Source of the DNA: an uncultured Blautia sp.
GTDB taxonomy: Bacteria > Bacillota > Clostridia > Lachnospirales > Lachnospiraceae
Assembly (NCBI GenBank): GCA_934373235.1
Contig: CAKROW010000008.1
Coordinates: forward strand, 1,039-65,038
Length of the DNA: 64,000 bases
Direction: 5' to 3'
The position numbers were made by a program, and so were the translations under genes. The notes beneath the pieces were generated by a model. That model ran no database searches, was not told where the DNA came from, and worked only from the letters and a program-made list of their open reading frames with translations. Shown one piece after another: positions 53,248-64,000 of this stretch (its first letter is position 1; each line of letters starts with the position of its first letter).

Positions 53248-54177
53248 CTATGACAGACTCTCCTGAATTATACTGCCGGAAAAAGCCATGTTCAGCCCTT
53301 CCGATATGGTAAAGCTCAAATACTTCACAGTCTCATCCACATCCTTTGGTGTCACAAACATGGCATGAAGCTTCGGGGAGATCATATCCTCAAGGAAAGC
53401 CCGCTGTTCTTCCTCCTCCAGGACCTGTAGCACATCTGTCATGGAATCATGGACAATGGTTCCTGCATCCACTACGGTAGGCACTCCGATGCCTATCACC
53501 TTTACCTGCAGGTTATCCTCATTTAATCCAACCCGGTTATTTCCCACACCAGACCCCGGACTGATCCCTGTATCTGTTATCTGGATGGTTCTGCTGAGCC
53601 TGGATATACTCCTTGCAGCCAGCGCATCGATGGCTATGACCAGATCCGGCTTTGTCTCTGATACGATTCCCTGTATGATCTCTGAAGTCTCCATTCCGGT
53701 CTGCGCCATGACCCCGGGTGCGATTCCGCTTAGCCTGTGCATCTTTTCACTCCCTGTACTCTTCAGGCCATATTCCCGGATAAGGTGTCTGGTCATCCTT
53801 AAATTTCCCACCACCTTAGGTCCCAGGGAATCTGCTGTGATCTCCTGGTTTCCAAGACCTACAACAAGAACAGACTGCTCCGCCTCAAGATCTGCAAGCT
53901 GTCCGATATGCCTAGCGATCTCCCTGGAAATTTCCCTGTGATAATCCTCATCTGCAACAGACAGATTGGGAGCTTCTATGGTAATATAAGTTCCCTGCGG
54001 TTTTCCCATGGTTTTTGCCCCGTTTTCTGTCCGGATATGCACCACAGTGATCCGGATGTCCCGTTCTTCATCGTAGCTTTCCCTGACCTCCACTCCCCGA
54101 AGTTCCACGCTCTCCTGTACAAATCGTTCCCTTGTCTCCAGTGCCAGATCCGTTCTGATTCCATAAGTTCCCGTCAT
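53248..54177 (-). CDS. gpr: Germination protease GPR (spore endopeptidase)
   Basis: IRTDLALE N-terminus, VVGLGNQEITADSLGP, VIAIDALAA, GVPTVVDA motifs. ATG 54177 follows AAGGA. The ORF extends two codons to GTG 54183. Confidence 0.88.
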   Translation of the reverse strand: MTGTYGIRTDLALETRERFVQESVELRGVEVRESYDEERDIRITVVHIRTENGAKTMGKPQGTYITIEAPNLSVADEDYHREISREIARHIGQLADLEAEQSVLVVGLGNQEITADSLGPKVVGNLRMTRHLIREYGLKSTGSEKMHRLSGIAPGVMAQTGMETSEIIQGIVSETKPDLVIAIDALAARSISRLSRTIQITDTGISPGSGVGNNRVGLNEDNLQVKVIGIGVPTVVDAGTIVHDSMTDVLQVLEEEEQRAFLEDMISPKLHAMFVTPKDVDETVKYLSFTISEGLNMAFSGSIIQESLS

Positions 54178-54399
54178 CACCACATCCTTTTTTTAATCAA
54201 TGCCCTATACTTTCCTGTTCTCCAGAGCGTGTTTGAAAAACCATTCCGGCAATCCGCACGCCCCACTTTGAGGTATATTTCACCTGAATTCTGTTGTCGT
54301 AGTAGTATCCCTGTTTTTCCGAAAAATACCCGCGATTTTGCAGTTTGATATCATTGTAATAATTTTGCAGGATTTTATAATAATTTTTTCAAAAAAACA

Positions 54400-54428
54400 T
54401 TGACATTTTTTGTTTTATGAGATATAGT
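54400..54428 (+). promoter_or_regulatory. Sigma-A promoter of rpsT
   Basis: TTGACA(54400-54405), 17-nt spacer, TATAGT(54423-54428), preceded by an A/T-rich tract. The leader is about 85 nt. Confidence 0.7.
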
Positions 54429-54516
54429 ATATAAGCATGTTTCATAGGAGCGCCCGTGTCTGTTCCTGTGGAAATGATAATTTTATCATATTTTATAGGA
54501 ATCGGAGGTGTACGAA

Positions 54517-54780
54517 TTGGCTAACATTAAATCCGCTAAGAAGAGAATCTTAGTTAACAGAACTAAGGCTGCAAGAAACAAAGCTATCCGTTCTGCTGTT
54601 AAGACTTCCATTAAGAAAGTTGAGGCTGCAGTTGAGAATAAGGATAAGGCTGCTGCAGAGGTTGCTCTTAAGGACGCGATCTCCACAATCAGCAAGGCTA
54701 CATCCAAGGGCGTATATCATAAGAACAATTGCGCCAGAAAAATTTCCCGTCTTTCCAGAGCTGTCAACAGCATTGCGTAA
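54517..54780 (+). CDS. rpsT: 30S ribosomal protein S20
   Basis: (M)ANIKSAKKRILVNRTKAARNKAIRS is the canonical S20 N-terminus. The TTG start at 54517 lies 6 nt after GGAGGTG. Confidence 0.93.
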   Translation: MANIKSAKKRILVNRTKAARNKAIRSAVKTSIKKVEAAVENKDKAAAEVALKDAISTISKATSKGVYHKNNCARKISRLSRAVNSIA

Positions 54781-54820
54781 CAGACCAGAGATTTTAGTTA
54801 TAAGCTTATAATTAAAAGAG

Positions 54821-54852
54821 AGACAGTCACACCGTCAGTGACTGTCTTTTTT
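54821..54852 (+). terminator. Rho-independent terminator of rpsT
   Basis: 10-bp stem AGACAGTCAC(54821-54830)/GTGACTGTCT(54838-54847) followed by TTTTTT. Confidence 0.9.
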
Positions 54853-54881
54853 GTATACCTTCATCAAAAAGGAGGCCCAGC

Positions 54882-55442
54882 ATGAACCAGCACCCTTTTA
54901 CATACAGACTCATACGCAGCAACCGCAAAACTCTGGCCATTCAGGTCAGTTCCTGCGGCCAGGTTACTGTACGTGCTCCGCGGACAATGTCCCAGGAAAC
55001 TATCCATAGCTTTCTCACAGAAAAAGAAAGCTGGGTCCTTAAGCACCTTTCCCGCGCCCAGTCCGCTCCCATCCCTGTCACGCCGCCTCCCATTTCTGAT
55101 TTCCGACGCAGGAATTATATGGAATCTGCCCGCAGGATCATCACCAGAAAAGCAGCTTTCTATGCATCAGAAATGGGGGTTACCTACGGCCGTATCACAA
55201 TCCGCGAGCAGAAAACCCGCTGGGGAAGCTGCTCCTCCAACGGGAACCTGAATTTCAACTGGCGGCTCATCTTCGCCCCTGAGGATGTTATTGATTATGT
55301 TGTAGTTCATGAACTCGCACACAGAAAGCAGATGAACCACTCACCTGCCTTTTACAGGGTAGTAGCATCTGTTCTCCCTGATTACCGTGAACCCCAGGAA
55401 TGGCTCCGCACAAACGGTATGACTCTCTGGCAGAAGCCCTGA
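54882..55442 (+). CDS. YgjP-like zinc metallopeptidase-fold protein (DUF45/M48-like)
   Basis: RKTLAIQV, TRWGSCSS.GNLNFNWRL, VVHELAH (HExxH) motifs. RBS AAGGAGG. Confidence 0.8.
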   Translation: MNQHPFTYRLIRSNRKTLAIQVSSCGQVTVRAPRTMSQETIHSFLTEKESWVLKHLSRAQSAPIPVTPPPISDFRRRNYMESARRIITRKAAFYASEMGVTYGRITIREQKTRWGSCSSNGNLNFNWRLIFAPEDVIDYVVVHELAHRKQMNHSPAFYRVVASVLPDYREPQEWLRTNGMTLWQKP

Positions 55443-55546
55443 ATAAAACAGACACTCACTTCCCCGTCCCGCTGCTTCCTGTGCACCGGAAGCAGAGAGA
55501 CGCTTATCTTACGTCCGACAGGAACTTCTGTCTCCTCCCCGGGTCC

Positions 55547-56536
55547 TCAGTTTCTCCCGGAGCTGTACTTTACGATCAGCAACTCTACGCTGAGCACATC
55601 CCCCAGTCTTCCGGTCTTTACCGCTTCCTCCGCATCCACAAAATCCCTCACCGCATTTTCCAGTTCCTCCTCCGTGTAAGATCTGGCACAGGCCGACAGC
55701 CCGCGCACCACGAAAGAAGGCACGCCGATCCTGGATGCGATCTCTGTCTGAGATGCACCCTCATTTCCAAGTTTCTTGGCAAGAAGGATCTGGCGGAACT
55801 GCTTTGCAAGGAGAAACAGGATACGCATAGGCGGTTCCTTAAGTGTCAGAAGGTCATAATAAAGGTCCAGTGCACGTTTCTGATTTTTTTCTGTAACAGC
55901 ACGCACCATATCAAAAATCTTATTTGTAGTCCGGGTTGTGCAAACTGCACGGATATCCTCTCCGTTCACAACATCCCTGCCCTCTGTATAGCAGATCAGT
56001 TTTTCCAGTTCCATTCTCAGATTCCCCATATCAGTCCCGGTCATGGCAAGAAGAAGCTCCACATCTCTCTGGGTGATCTTCCTTCCGTTCTTTCCAAGAA
56101 TTCCCGCAGCCCAGCGCACCAGCGTCTTTTCATCCTGCTCTGCAAATTCCCCGATGCTTCCGCAGGCCTTCACAGCCTTGTACATACGGCTTCTCTTGTC
56201 CACCTCAGACTCACAAAATATAAGGTAAAGATATTCCGGCAAAGCCTTCATATAATCCACCAGCTCATCGCACTTATTTTTGAAAAATCCCGTATCCTCC
56301 AGCAGAACCACTCGCCGATCCGCAAAAAAAGGCATTGTCTCAAAAAGATCGATCAGCTCCTTCACATTGAGGCCCTTTCCCTCAAAACGGCTGAAATTCA
56401 TAGTATCCTCATCCGGGTTCAATGCTTTTACCAGATTATACTTGTACTGCTGTTTCAGATAAGCTTCTTCCCCATAAAGAAGATAAACCTGCCTGAACTG
56501 TCCTGATTTTATGTCTTCCTGAATATTTTTCAACAC
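55547..56536 (-). CDS. holA: DNA polymerase III delta subunit
   Basis: 329 aa with N-terminal YLLYGEEAYL and an overall HolA pattern. It sits in the conserved position divergent from rpsT. Confidence 0.85.
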   Translation of the reverse strand: MLKNIQEDIKSGQFRQVYLLYGEEAYLKQQYKYNLVKALNPDEDTMNFSRFEGKGLNVKELIDLFETMPFFADRRVVLLEDTGFFKNKCDELVDYMKALPEYLYLIFCESEVDKRSRMYKAVKACGSIGEFAEQDEKTLVRWAAGILGKNGRKITQRDVELLLAMTGTDMGNLRMELEKLICYTEGRDVVNGEDIRAVCTTRTTNKIFDMVRAVTEKNQKRALDLYYDLLTLKEPPMRILFLLAKQFRQILLAKKLGNEGASQTEIASRIGVPSFVVRGLSACARSYTEEELENAVRDFVDAEEAVKTGRLGDVLSVELLIVKYSSGRN

Positions 56537-56571
56537 TGATACTCCTTATCTGCTCACTTTTTCCACAGTGA

Positions 56572-57579
56572 TCACCGGATCTTCTTTACAGAATCCCGGC
56601 AGATCAGCCTGGGCTTCAGCCGGATCTTCTCCGGATATCCGGAATAATCTCCCTGTATCCTTTTGTTGATCAGGCTGCATGCGGTATCTGCCATTTTTTC
56701 CAGCGGCTGCGCAACCGTGGTCAGCTTGGGCCGTACCATGACTGACAGTTCAAAATCATCAAACGAAACAACTGAAAGTTCCTCCGGAACCCTGATTCCC
56801 AGGTTATGGATCGCCGCCATGGCACCAAGGCACAGATCATAATTGGCTATAAAAACCGCCGTAGGTTTCTGTTCCAGCTCCCATAACCTGCAGATTCCCT
56901 CATATCCGTCCTTATAACTAAACTCCCCCTCAATAAGATATTCACTGTATACCGGATAATCATAATCCTCCATAGCTCTCATAAATCCCCGGAAACGCTC
57001 TCTGGCTGTAGCCTTACGTTTCTCCGGTCCTTCCAGCATGGCGATCCGTCTGTGTCCTGCCTTGATCAGATATTCTGTTGCCAGATATGCGCCTCCACAG
57101 CAGTCCACCATCACACAGTCTACATTTTCCCTGCCACTGCCGCTCTCCAGCATAACTACAGGGATCTGCTTTTCCCCAACGTATCTCAGGAACTCCAGAT
57201 CATAATTCTCCGGAGTGATCAGAAGTCCATCCACGCCACGGTCCACCAGATACCGCACCAGTTCATCTGCTTTGGCATCGCTCCAGCCTGGACTTACATA
57301 GTTCAGGGAATATCCCTCTTTCCTCAGCTTCGTCTCCACCTCTCCCAGGATCGAAGCTGTATGGGGATTGTTAATGCATCCACCCATAACACCGATCATA
57401 TAAGATCTGGAGGTTCTGAGTCCCCTGGCTGCACTGCTGGGAACATAACCAAGCCTTTTGATCGCATCTTCAATGAGGATCCGGTTTCTCTTACGCACCG
57501 TTCCTCCGTTCATATATTTTGAAATTGTAGAAATTGCCAGATTTGTCTCCCTGGCCACGTCTTTAATCGTAGCCGCCAT
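56572..57579 (-). CDS. LacI-family transcriptional regulator
   Basis: N-terminal HTH ATIKDVARETNLAISTISKYMNG plus a periplasmic-binding-protein-like sugar-binding core. Confidence 0.9.
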   Translation of the reverse strand: MAATIKDVARETNLAISTISKYMNGGTVRKRNRILIEDAIKRLGYVPSSAARGLRTSRSYMIGVMGGCINNPHTASILGEVETKLRKEGYSLNYVSPGWSDAKADELVRYLVDRGVDGLLITPENYDLEFLRYVGEKQIPVVMLESGSGRENVDCVMVDCCGGAYLATEYLIKAGHRRIAMLEGPEKRKATARERFRGFMRAMEDYDYPVYSEYLIEGEFSYKDGYEGICRLWELEQKPTAVFIANYDLCLGAMAAIHNLGIRVPEELSVVSFDDFELSVMVRPKLTTVAQPLEKMADTACSLINKRIQGDYSGYPEKIRLKPRLICRDSVKKIR

Positions 57580-57820
57580 ATTTTCACCTTACCTTTTTAT
57601 CATTATTTTCTCCTCAGATGAAGTCAATCCAATCCGATATTCGCAATCTGCAGGAGGCCTCCCTGATCTGGTTGAATTTTCTGTCATTTCGCTCTGCCTT
57701 TGATACAGATTTACTTTTTTAGATTATAGCACACCCTTCTCCTTTGCAACAACCCCATTTGACTTTCCGCCAAAATCGTGCTACTGTGTGTAGGTATATA
57801 CTGAAAGGAGTGTTCTATCC

Positions 57821-58225
57821 ATGAACAAAAAAAGCAAAGTAACAAACAATCTTAAAACTGCAACTACAAAAGCCAGATCCACTGTCAAAAATACAGTAGA
57901 AAAAATCGAAGCTTCACCGGCAGCAGAGAAAACTGTTCAGGCTGTCAAAAAAGTAACTGATACAGTTGCTGCCAAAGCACCTGAAGTTGTAGAGGAAGTT
58001 AAGAAAACAGTGACCGGTCCTAAGATCAGCGGTATTACACTTGAAATTTTTGAGACATCATTTTCTATGGACACTCTTGAAGCAGCAGTAAAAAAAGACA
58101 TCGAAACCAAAGAGCTCAAAGGCAAAGACATCCAGGTTTATGTTAATGCTGAAGAAAGAGCTGCTTATTACACAGTAGACGGACAGGGTTCTGACGATTA
58201 CAGGATCGACCTGACCACTCTTTAA
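57821..58225 (+). CDS. Small Lys/Thr/Val-rich hypothetical protein
   Basis: 134-aa ORF with an AAAGGAG RBS. Low-complexity basic N-terminal half and a structured C-terminal half (QVYVNAEERAAYYTVDG). Confidence 0.55.
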   Translation: MNKKSKVTNNLKTATTKARSTVKNTVEKIEASPAAEKTVQAVKKVTDTVAAKAPEVVEEVKKTVTGPKISGITLEIFETSFSMDTLEAAVKKDIETKELKGKDIQVYVNAEERAAYYTVDGQGSDDYRIDLTTL

Positions 58226-58232
58226 TCCTGCT

Positions 58233-59264
58233 ATGAGGGCCACGATCAAAGACATTGCCAGGGAAACAGGGCTTTCTGTGGCAACCATCTCAAAATATCT
58301 GAATAACAAAAGAATAACCGAGGAGAACCGTATCCTTATTGAGGAAGCCATTGAAAGGCTGAACTATATCCCCAGCCGTACGGCACGTACACTCCGCGCC
58401 AAGAAGACCAGGACCGTTGCGATCCTTATCTCCAACCTGGCAAACTATTTCTGGGGACCTGTGCTCAGTGCGGTTTCACAGTTTTTTATGCAATATGATT
58501 ATACGGTGATCACCAGTGCCTTTGTCTGTGACCCCAAGATCGAGCAAAGTGTTGTACAGGATCTGATCTCCCAGCATGTAGACGGGGTTGTTCTGCTTCC
58601 ATTTGACAGATATGACCAGTGTTACTGTACACTTCAGGAGGCCGGAATCCCGGTGGTCATCCTTGACCAGATTCCGGCTCATCTGGAGCACTATCCTGTA
58701 GATGTTGTTCTTTCCGACAATGTTCAGGGCAGTCGGCTTCTTGCCGAGTATCTTCAGAGCAGGGGACATACAGACATTTGTATTCTGGGCAAAGCCGAGA
58801 ACTCCTACACTGTAGAACAGCGTATCCGGGGCTTTACAGAGATCTTTCCCGAAAGCAGGAATGATTTTTTCCTGAAAACCTCGCCGCTTCGTTTCGATCA
58901 CTCCGAAGAAGTCATCAACACAGGCCGCAAATTACTGCGTAACATCCTGCATATGGAGAACAGGCCCAGCGCAATTTTCATTACAAACTATCTGGTAGCC
59001 CTGGGAAGTCTTGTGGAAGCCAGCACCTCAGGTGTTGATATCCCGGAAGATCTTTCCGTTGTTGTATTTGACGATGATCCGTTATTCCGCAGCATGCACA
59101 CTCCGATCACCTGCGTGGCACAGGATCTTACCAGCATAGGACATATCGCAGCAACTATTTTGTACCGGCGTATCCTGGGAGATTTTGAGGATTTTCCTGA
59201 TATCCGGATGGTTCCGGTGAATTTCAGAGAGCGTTCTTCAGTGAAATTACTGAAAAAACCATAA
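58233..59264 (+). CDS. LacI-family transcriptional regulator (paralog of 56572-57579)
   Basis: N-terminal HTH ATIKDIARETGLSVATISKYLNN plus a sugar-binding core. It starts 8 nt after the upstream stop. Confidence 0.9.
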   Translation: MRATIKDIARETGLSVATISKYLNNKRITEENRILIEEAIERLNYIPSRTARTLRAKKTRTVAILISNLANYFWGPVLSAVSQFFMQYDYTVITSAFVCDPKIEQSVVQDLISQHVDGVVLLPFDRYDQCYCTLQEAGIPVVILDQIPAHLEHYPVDVVLSDNVQGSRLLAEYLQSRGHTDICILGKAENSYTVEQRIRGFTEIFPESRNDFFLKTSPLRFDHSEEVINTGRKLLRNILHMENRPSAIFITNYLVALGSLVEASTSGVDIPEDLSVVVFDDDPLFRSMHTPITCVAQDLTSIGHIAATILYRRILGDFEDFPDIRMVPVNFRERSSVKLLKKP

Positions 59265-59347
59265 CTGTAATTTACCCGGGGCAGCTCCTTTGAGGTTGCC
59301 CGGGTATAAAAAAGTAATACAGAACACAAATATCCACTTTGCAAAAA

Positions 59348-59384
59348 ATGCACAGATCCCGGGATTTCCGGTCTGTGCATTTTT
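59348..59384. terminator. Bidirectional rho-independent terminator between the LacI gene (+) and glpK (-)
   Basis: 9-bp stem ATGCACAGA(59348-59356)/TCTGTGCAT(59372-59380), flanked by AAAAAA upstream and TTTTT downstream. Confidence 0.8.
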
Positions 59385-59398
59385 ATTTTCTGATCTTT

Positions 59399-61517
<2,119 letters not shown>

Positions 61518-61635
61518 ATTCTACCTCACTTCATATAGCATTTATCCGGACAGATCCCCCGCATGTTCTTATCCGGATATCTTCGCAAAACTGTTCAGTC
61601 TTTTTGTTTCTGCGCAGGACTGAATAGTTATTTTA

Positions 61636-61680
61636 TACAATACTTACAGGCATACCGTAGGCATGCCTGTAAGTATTGTA
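61636..61680. terminator. Perfect 18-bp inverted repeat downstream of the Ldh_2 gene (hairpin; atypical terminator without a U-tract)
   Basis: TACAATACTTACAGGCAT(61636-61653) and ATGCCTGTAAGTATTGTA(61663-61680) with a 9-nt loop. A second 7-bp hairpin TTCAGTC/GACTGAA lies at 61594-61624 and is followed on the minus strand by CAGTTTTG. Confidence 0.5.
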
Positions 61681-61741
61681 CCAGTTTCCTGCTATAAAAG
61701 CCAGTAGGATTTGTATTATTTTTACAAATGATGTTTATCTC

Positions 61742-62875
61742 TTATTTTTCAAACGGGAATTTGAACTGTGTAAGTCCGTACTCGTCACGAAGTCCGATAA
61801 ACTCTTTCTGTACAGCCTCTGTTACCGGAACTCCCTTGTCTTTACGATACATCCATACATCGTACTCTTTCTCGCCTGCTGTATAGATACGCTCCTCTCC
61901 TGGTGCTTTCTCAGATCCTCTTAAGTCTCTTAAGATATCGCCACAGGTCTTCTTAAATGCTTCTGCGCCCATGAATGCTTCTGTATCAATAGCGATGAAG
62001 AAGTGTCCAAGGTGATATGGACGGATGCTTCCATCTTCATTCTTTCCTTCCAGTGCTCTTAAGAAGATACCGGACTGAAGTGCTGCGGAAAGGATCTCAA
62101 CAACTGTGGAATATCCGTATCCTTTATATCCTCCTGTGGTCTCGCCAAATCCACCGAGAGGTGCAAGTGCAGCCTGTTTGTTACGGATTTTCTTCAGGAT
62201 CTCAACACTGTCTGTAAGTACCTCGCCTTCTCTGGACATTACCAGTCCCTCCGGTGTATCATGTCCGATACGTGCATAGTACTCGATCTTACCATTCTGA
62301 ATAACAGATGTAGCACAGTCAAGTGTGAATGGGAACGGCTCGTCTGTCGGCATACTGAATGTCAGCGGGTTGGTTCCAAGCATATTCTCAACACCAAATG
62401 TAGGTGCTACAGAAGGTCTTGCGTTTGTTCCGCTGATACCGATCATGTTCTCTTTTGCAGCAAGGTTTGTCCAGTAGCCTGCGATTCCATAGTGGGAAGA
62501 GTTACGTACTGCAACCATACCCATGCCATATTTATGTGCTTTCTCAATACACATATCCATAGCCTTCTTGCTGGCAACCATACCCATACCATCATTAGCA
62601 TCAATAACTGCTGTGGTAGGTGTCTCTTTGATGATGTCAATCTTTGTAACCGGGTTCAGGATGCCTGCTTTGATACGGTCGATATAGATCGGTTTGAAAC
62701 GGTTGCAGCCATGGCTCTCAATACCACGACGGTCACTCTCCATAAGTACATCTGCACAAAGTCTTGCGTCCTCTTCCGGTACTCCCACCTTCATGAAAAC
62801 TGCTGTCATGAAGTCGTCTACCATTTCCCAGGAAATAAAAGGTCTTGTTTCTTTCTCCATTGTATTGTCCTCCAT
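61742..62875 (-). CDS. Ldh_2 family (malate/L-lactate/ureidoglycolate-type) NAD(P)H-dependent oxidoreductase
   Basis: RGIESHGCNRF..YIDRIKAG, NSSHYGIAGYW, GTNP.. motifs of the Ldh_2 family. 377 aa. Confidence 0.8.
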   Translation of the reverse strand: MEDNTMEKETRPFISWEMVDDFMTAVFMKVGVPEEDARLCADVLMESDRRGIESHGCNRFKPIYIDRIKAGILNPVTKIDIIKETPTTAVIDANDGMGMVASKKAMDMCIEKAHKYGMGMVAVRNSSHYGIAGYWTNLAAKENMIGISGTNARPSVAPTFGVENMLGTNPLTFSMPTDEPFPFTLDCATSVIQNGKIEYYARIGHDTPEGLVMSREGEVLTDSVEILKKIRNKQAALAPLGGFGETTGGYKGYGYSTVVEILSAALQSGIFLRALEGKNEDGSIRPYHLGHFFIAIDTEAFMGAEAFKKTCGDILRDLRGSEKAPGEERIYTAGEKEYDVWMYRKDKGVPVTEAVQKEFIGLRDEYGLTQFKFPFEK

Positions 62876-62937
62876 TTACATTATATAATTAGTTTATTGC
62901 TTACTTTTTATATTCCGGCAGGAATATTCCTGTTTTG

Positions 62938-63669
62938 TCAGTCCTCGTCAGCCACATCTCTGCCCTTGTCCGGGAAGTTGGTGATAATGGAATTTACGCC
63001 CCATTTCTTCATTCTGCGCATATCCTCTTCTTCATTGACTGTCCATACATTCACACCTACGCCATTCTGTGAGCAGCTTATCACATGCTCTTCTTTCAGA
63101 TATTTAAGGTTCGGGTGGTAATACTGTACGTCACAGGTTCTGGCATAAACACCTGCGTTATCTACAAATGTATCAACCAGGAAACCTCCGGCAATAGTCT
63201 CGTCATTCTCTCTGCAGAGAACAATGGATGCGTTATTAAAGGATGAAAGTATGATCCTGTCCTCAAGTCCATACTCACAGATCATGTCAATGACTTTCTG
63301 TTCCATTCCGCCATAGTAATAAACACTGTTCTTCAGCTCAATATTGGTGATCAGTCCTTCTTCCTCAGACATCCATTCCAGGTATTCCCGAAGTGTCGGG
63401 ATTGTAAGCCTGCCATATTTACCCTCAAATTTATCCGGGTAGCTGCAGTCCAGCTTGCACAGCTCGTCATAAGTCATATCACGGATATAACCTGTACCGT
63501 CTGTAGTTCTGTCCACCTTCTCATCGTGCATGATCACTGGCACCAGATCCCTGGTGAGCTGTACATCAAGCTCAATACCGTCGCAGTCAGCCTCTACAGC
63601 CTTCTTAAATGCCAGCATTGTATTCTCCGGATATTTTCCACTGAAACCACGATGTGCAAATACTTTCAT
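62938..63669 (-). CDS. Glycerophosphodiester phosphodiesterase (GlpQ/UgpQ family)
   Basis: MKVFAHRGFSGKYPENT, IELDVQLTRD, HD..VDRTT motifs. 243 aa with no signal peptide. Confidence 0.88.
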   Translation of the reverse strand: MKVFAHRGFSGKYPENTMLAFKKAVEADCDGIELDVQLTRDLVPVIMHDEKVDRTTDGTGYIRDMTYDELCKLDCSYPDKFEGKYGRLTIPTLREYLEWMSEEEGLITNIELKNSVYYYGGMEQKVIDMICEYGLEDRIILSSFNNASIVLCRENDETIAGGFLVDTFVDNAGVYARTCDVQYYHPNLKYLKEEHVISCSQNGVGVNVWTVNEEEDMRRMKKWGVNSIITNFPDKGRDVADED

Positions 63670-63722
63670 GATGATTCATCCTCCTAACGATCACATTAGC
63701 ATTTTTAACAATTTCTATTCGA

Positions 63723-63751
63723 AGTATATCATATTTTTCTATGTATTTCAA
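63723..63751 (-). promoter_or_regulatory. Candidate sigma-A promoter for the glycerophosphodiesterase gene
   Basis: On the minus strand: TTGAAA (63751-63746), 17-nt spacer, TGaTATACT extended -10 (TATACT = 63728-63723). Confidence 0.65.
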
Positions 63752-63945
63752 CAGTTTTTCTTTGTTTTTACTTATTTTTTTGTTGATTTTTAATAATATT
63801 TTACAATAAAATCGCTTTATTTTTATCTCAATTGCATAATTTACACATCAGGAATAAAGTGGCTGTTTATGTATCTTTCCACCACTTTTTCCCGTGATTT
63901 TTTTTACATGGATTTTACAAAAAGGTTTATTATTGCATAAAAATA

Positions 63946-63987
63946 ACCGACATAAAAACGCACTTGTCCACACGTTTTCATGCCGGT
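63946..63987 (-). terminator. Rho-independent terminator of an upstream minus-strand gene lying beyond the window's right edge
   Basis: As minus-strand RNA, ACCGGCAUGAAAACG (63987-63973) pairs with CGUUUUUAUGUCGGU (63960-63946): 15 bp including two G-U pairs. It is followed by UAUUUUUAU. Confidence 0.6.
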
Positions 63988-64000
63988 CTCTTATCTCAAT

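Noticed and set aside
54184-54399. A sigma-F/sigma-G promoter for gpr, and a direct repeat ATTTTGCAG (54335-54343 and 54362-54370) upstream of the rpsT promoter.
   Set aside because: I could not fit the forespore sigma consensus (GnATA-17/18-CATnnTA type) to any position upstream of gpr. The 9-nt repeat lies in an A/T-rich tract where such matches arise easily, so no claim is made.
55400-56506. 368-aa plus-strand ORF antisense to holA.
   Set aside because: It overlaps the holA coding sequence and the 3' end of the ygjP-like gene. The composition is low complexity and there is no RBS.
59273-59306. GC-rich hairpin TACCCGGGGCA/TGCCCGGGTA just after the LacI gene stop, considered as its terminator.
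   Set aside because: It is followed by an A-run on the plus strand and preceded by the T-run on the minus strand. It therefore fits neither orientation as an intrinsic terminator. The adjacent hairpin at 59348-59384 is the better bidirectional terminator.

Overview
This 64-kb window is almost fully coding and mostly on the minus strand. It appears to come from a spore-forming Firmicute; gpr, spoIIP and the holA / rpsT / gpr-spoIIP-lepA-hemW gene order suggest a Clostridia/Lachnospiraceae-like organism (inference). No transposase, integrase, CRISPR array, rRNA or recognisable phage or defence genes were seen.

Layout:
- 1-4.4 kb: tRNA-Leu(CAG), a divergent lspA-like gene coupled to a zinc-ribbon gene, a stand-alone clpX, and htrA.
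- 4.5-32.2 kb: a large cell-wall polysaccharide locus of the ABC-transporter-dependent type. It contains a polyprenyl-phosphate hexose-1-P transferase, an LCP ligase, two single GT2 genes, three paralogous tandem-GT2 polymerase-like enzymes, a WbdD-like methyltransferase/kinase-like/coiled-coil protein, Wzt with a C-terminal extension, Wzm and rmlC. It also carries what looks like an Arn-like lipid-linked amino-sugar decoration module: a WecE-class transaminase, a GtrB/ArnC-like GT2, an ATP-grasp ligase, an ArnE/ArnF-like pair of small membrane proteins, and a YfhO GT-C. Two PBP5-type genes sit inside the locus, and one has lost its catalytic serine.
- 32.3-36.9 kb: a GH25 muramidase and a YkuD L,D-transpeptidase, both with wall-binding repeats.
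- 36.9-41.1 kb: two unknown membrane proteins, cdaA, cdaR and an HPr-like gene. No glmM is present.
- 41.2-56.5 kb: housekeeping genes (comFC, recD2, mreB, uvrA, hemW, a lipoprotein, lepA, spoIIP, gpr, rpsT, a ygjP-like gene, holA).
- 56.6-63.7 kb: two LacI paralogs flanking a small ORF, glpK-glpP, an Ldh_2 oxidoreductase and a glycerophosphodiesterase.

Many adjacent genes overlap start and stop codons (ATGA, TTGA, TAATG, ATGAATAG), which indicates translational coupling. The best candidates for something new are the Arn-like decoration module, the WbdD/Wzt-like capping logic in a Gram-positive, and the serine-less PBP5 paralog. All family calls come from motif recognition by eye; no searches were run.
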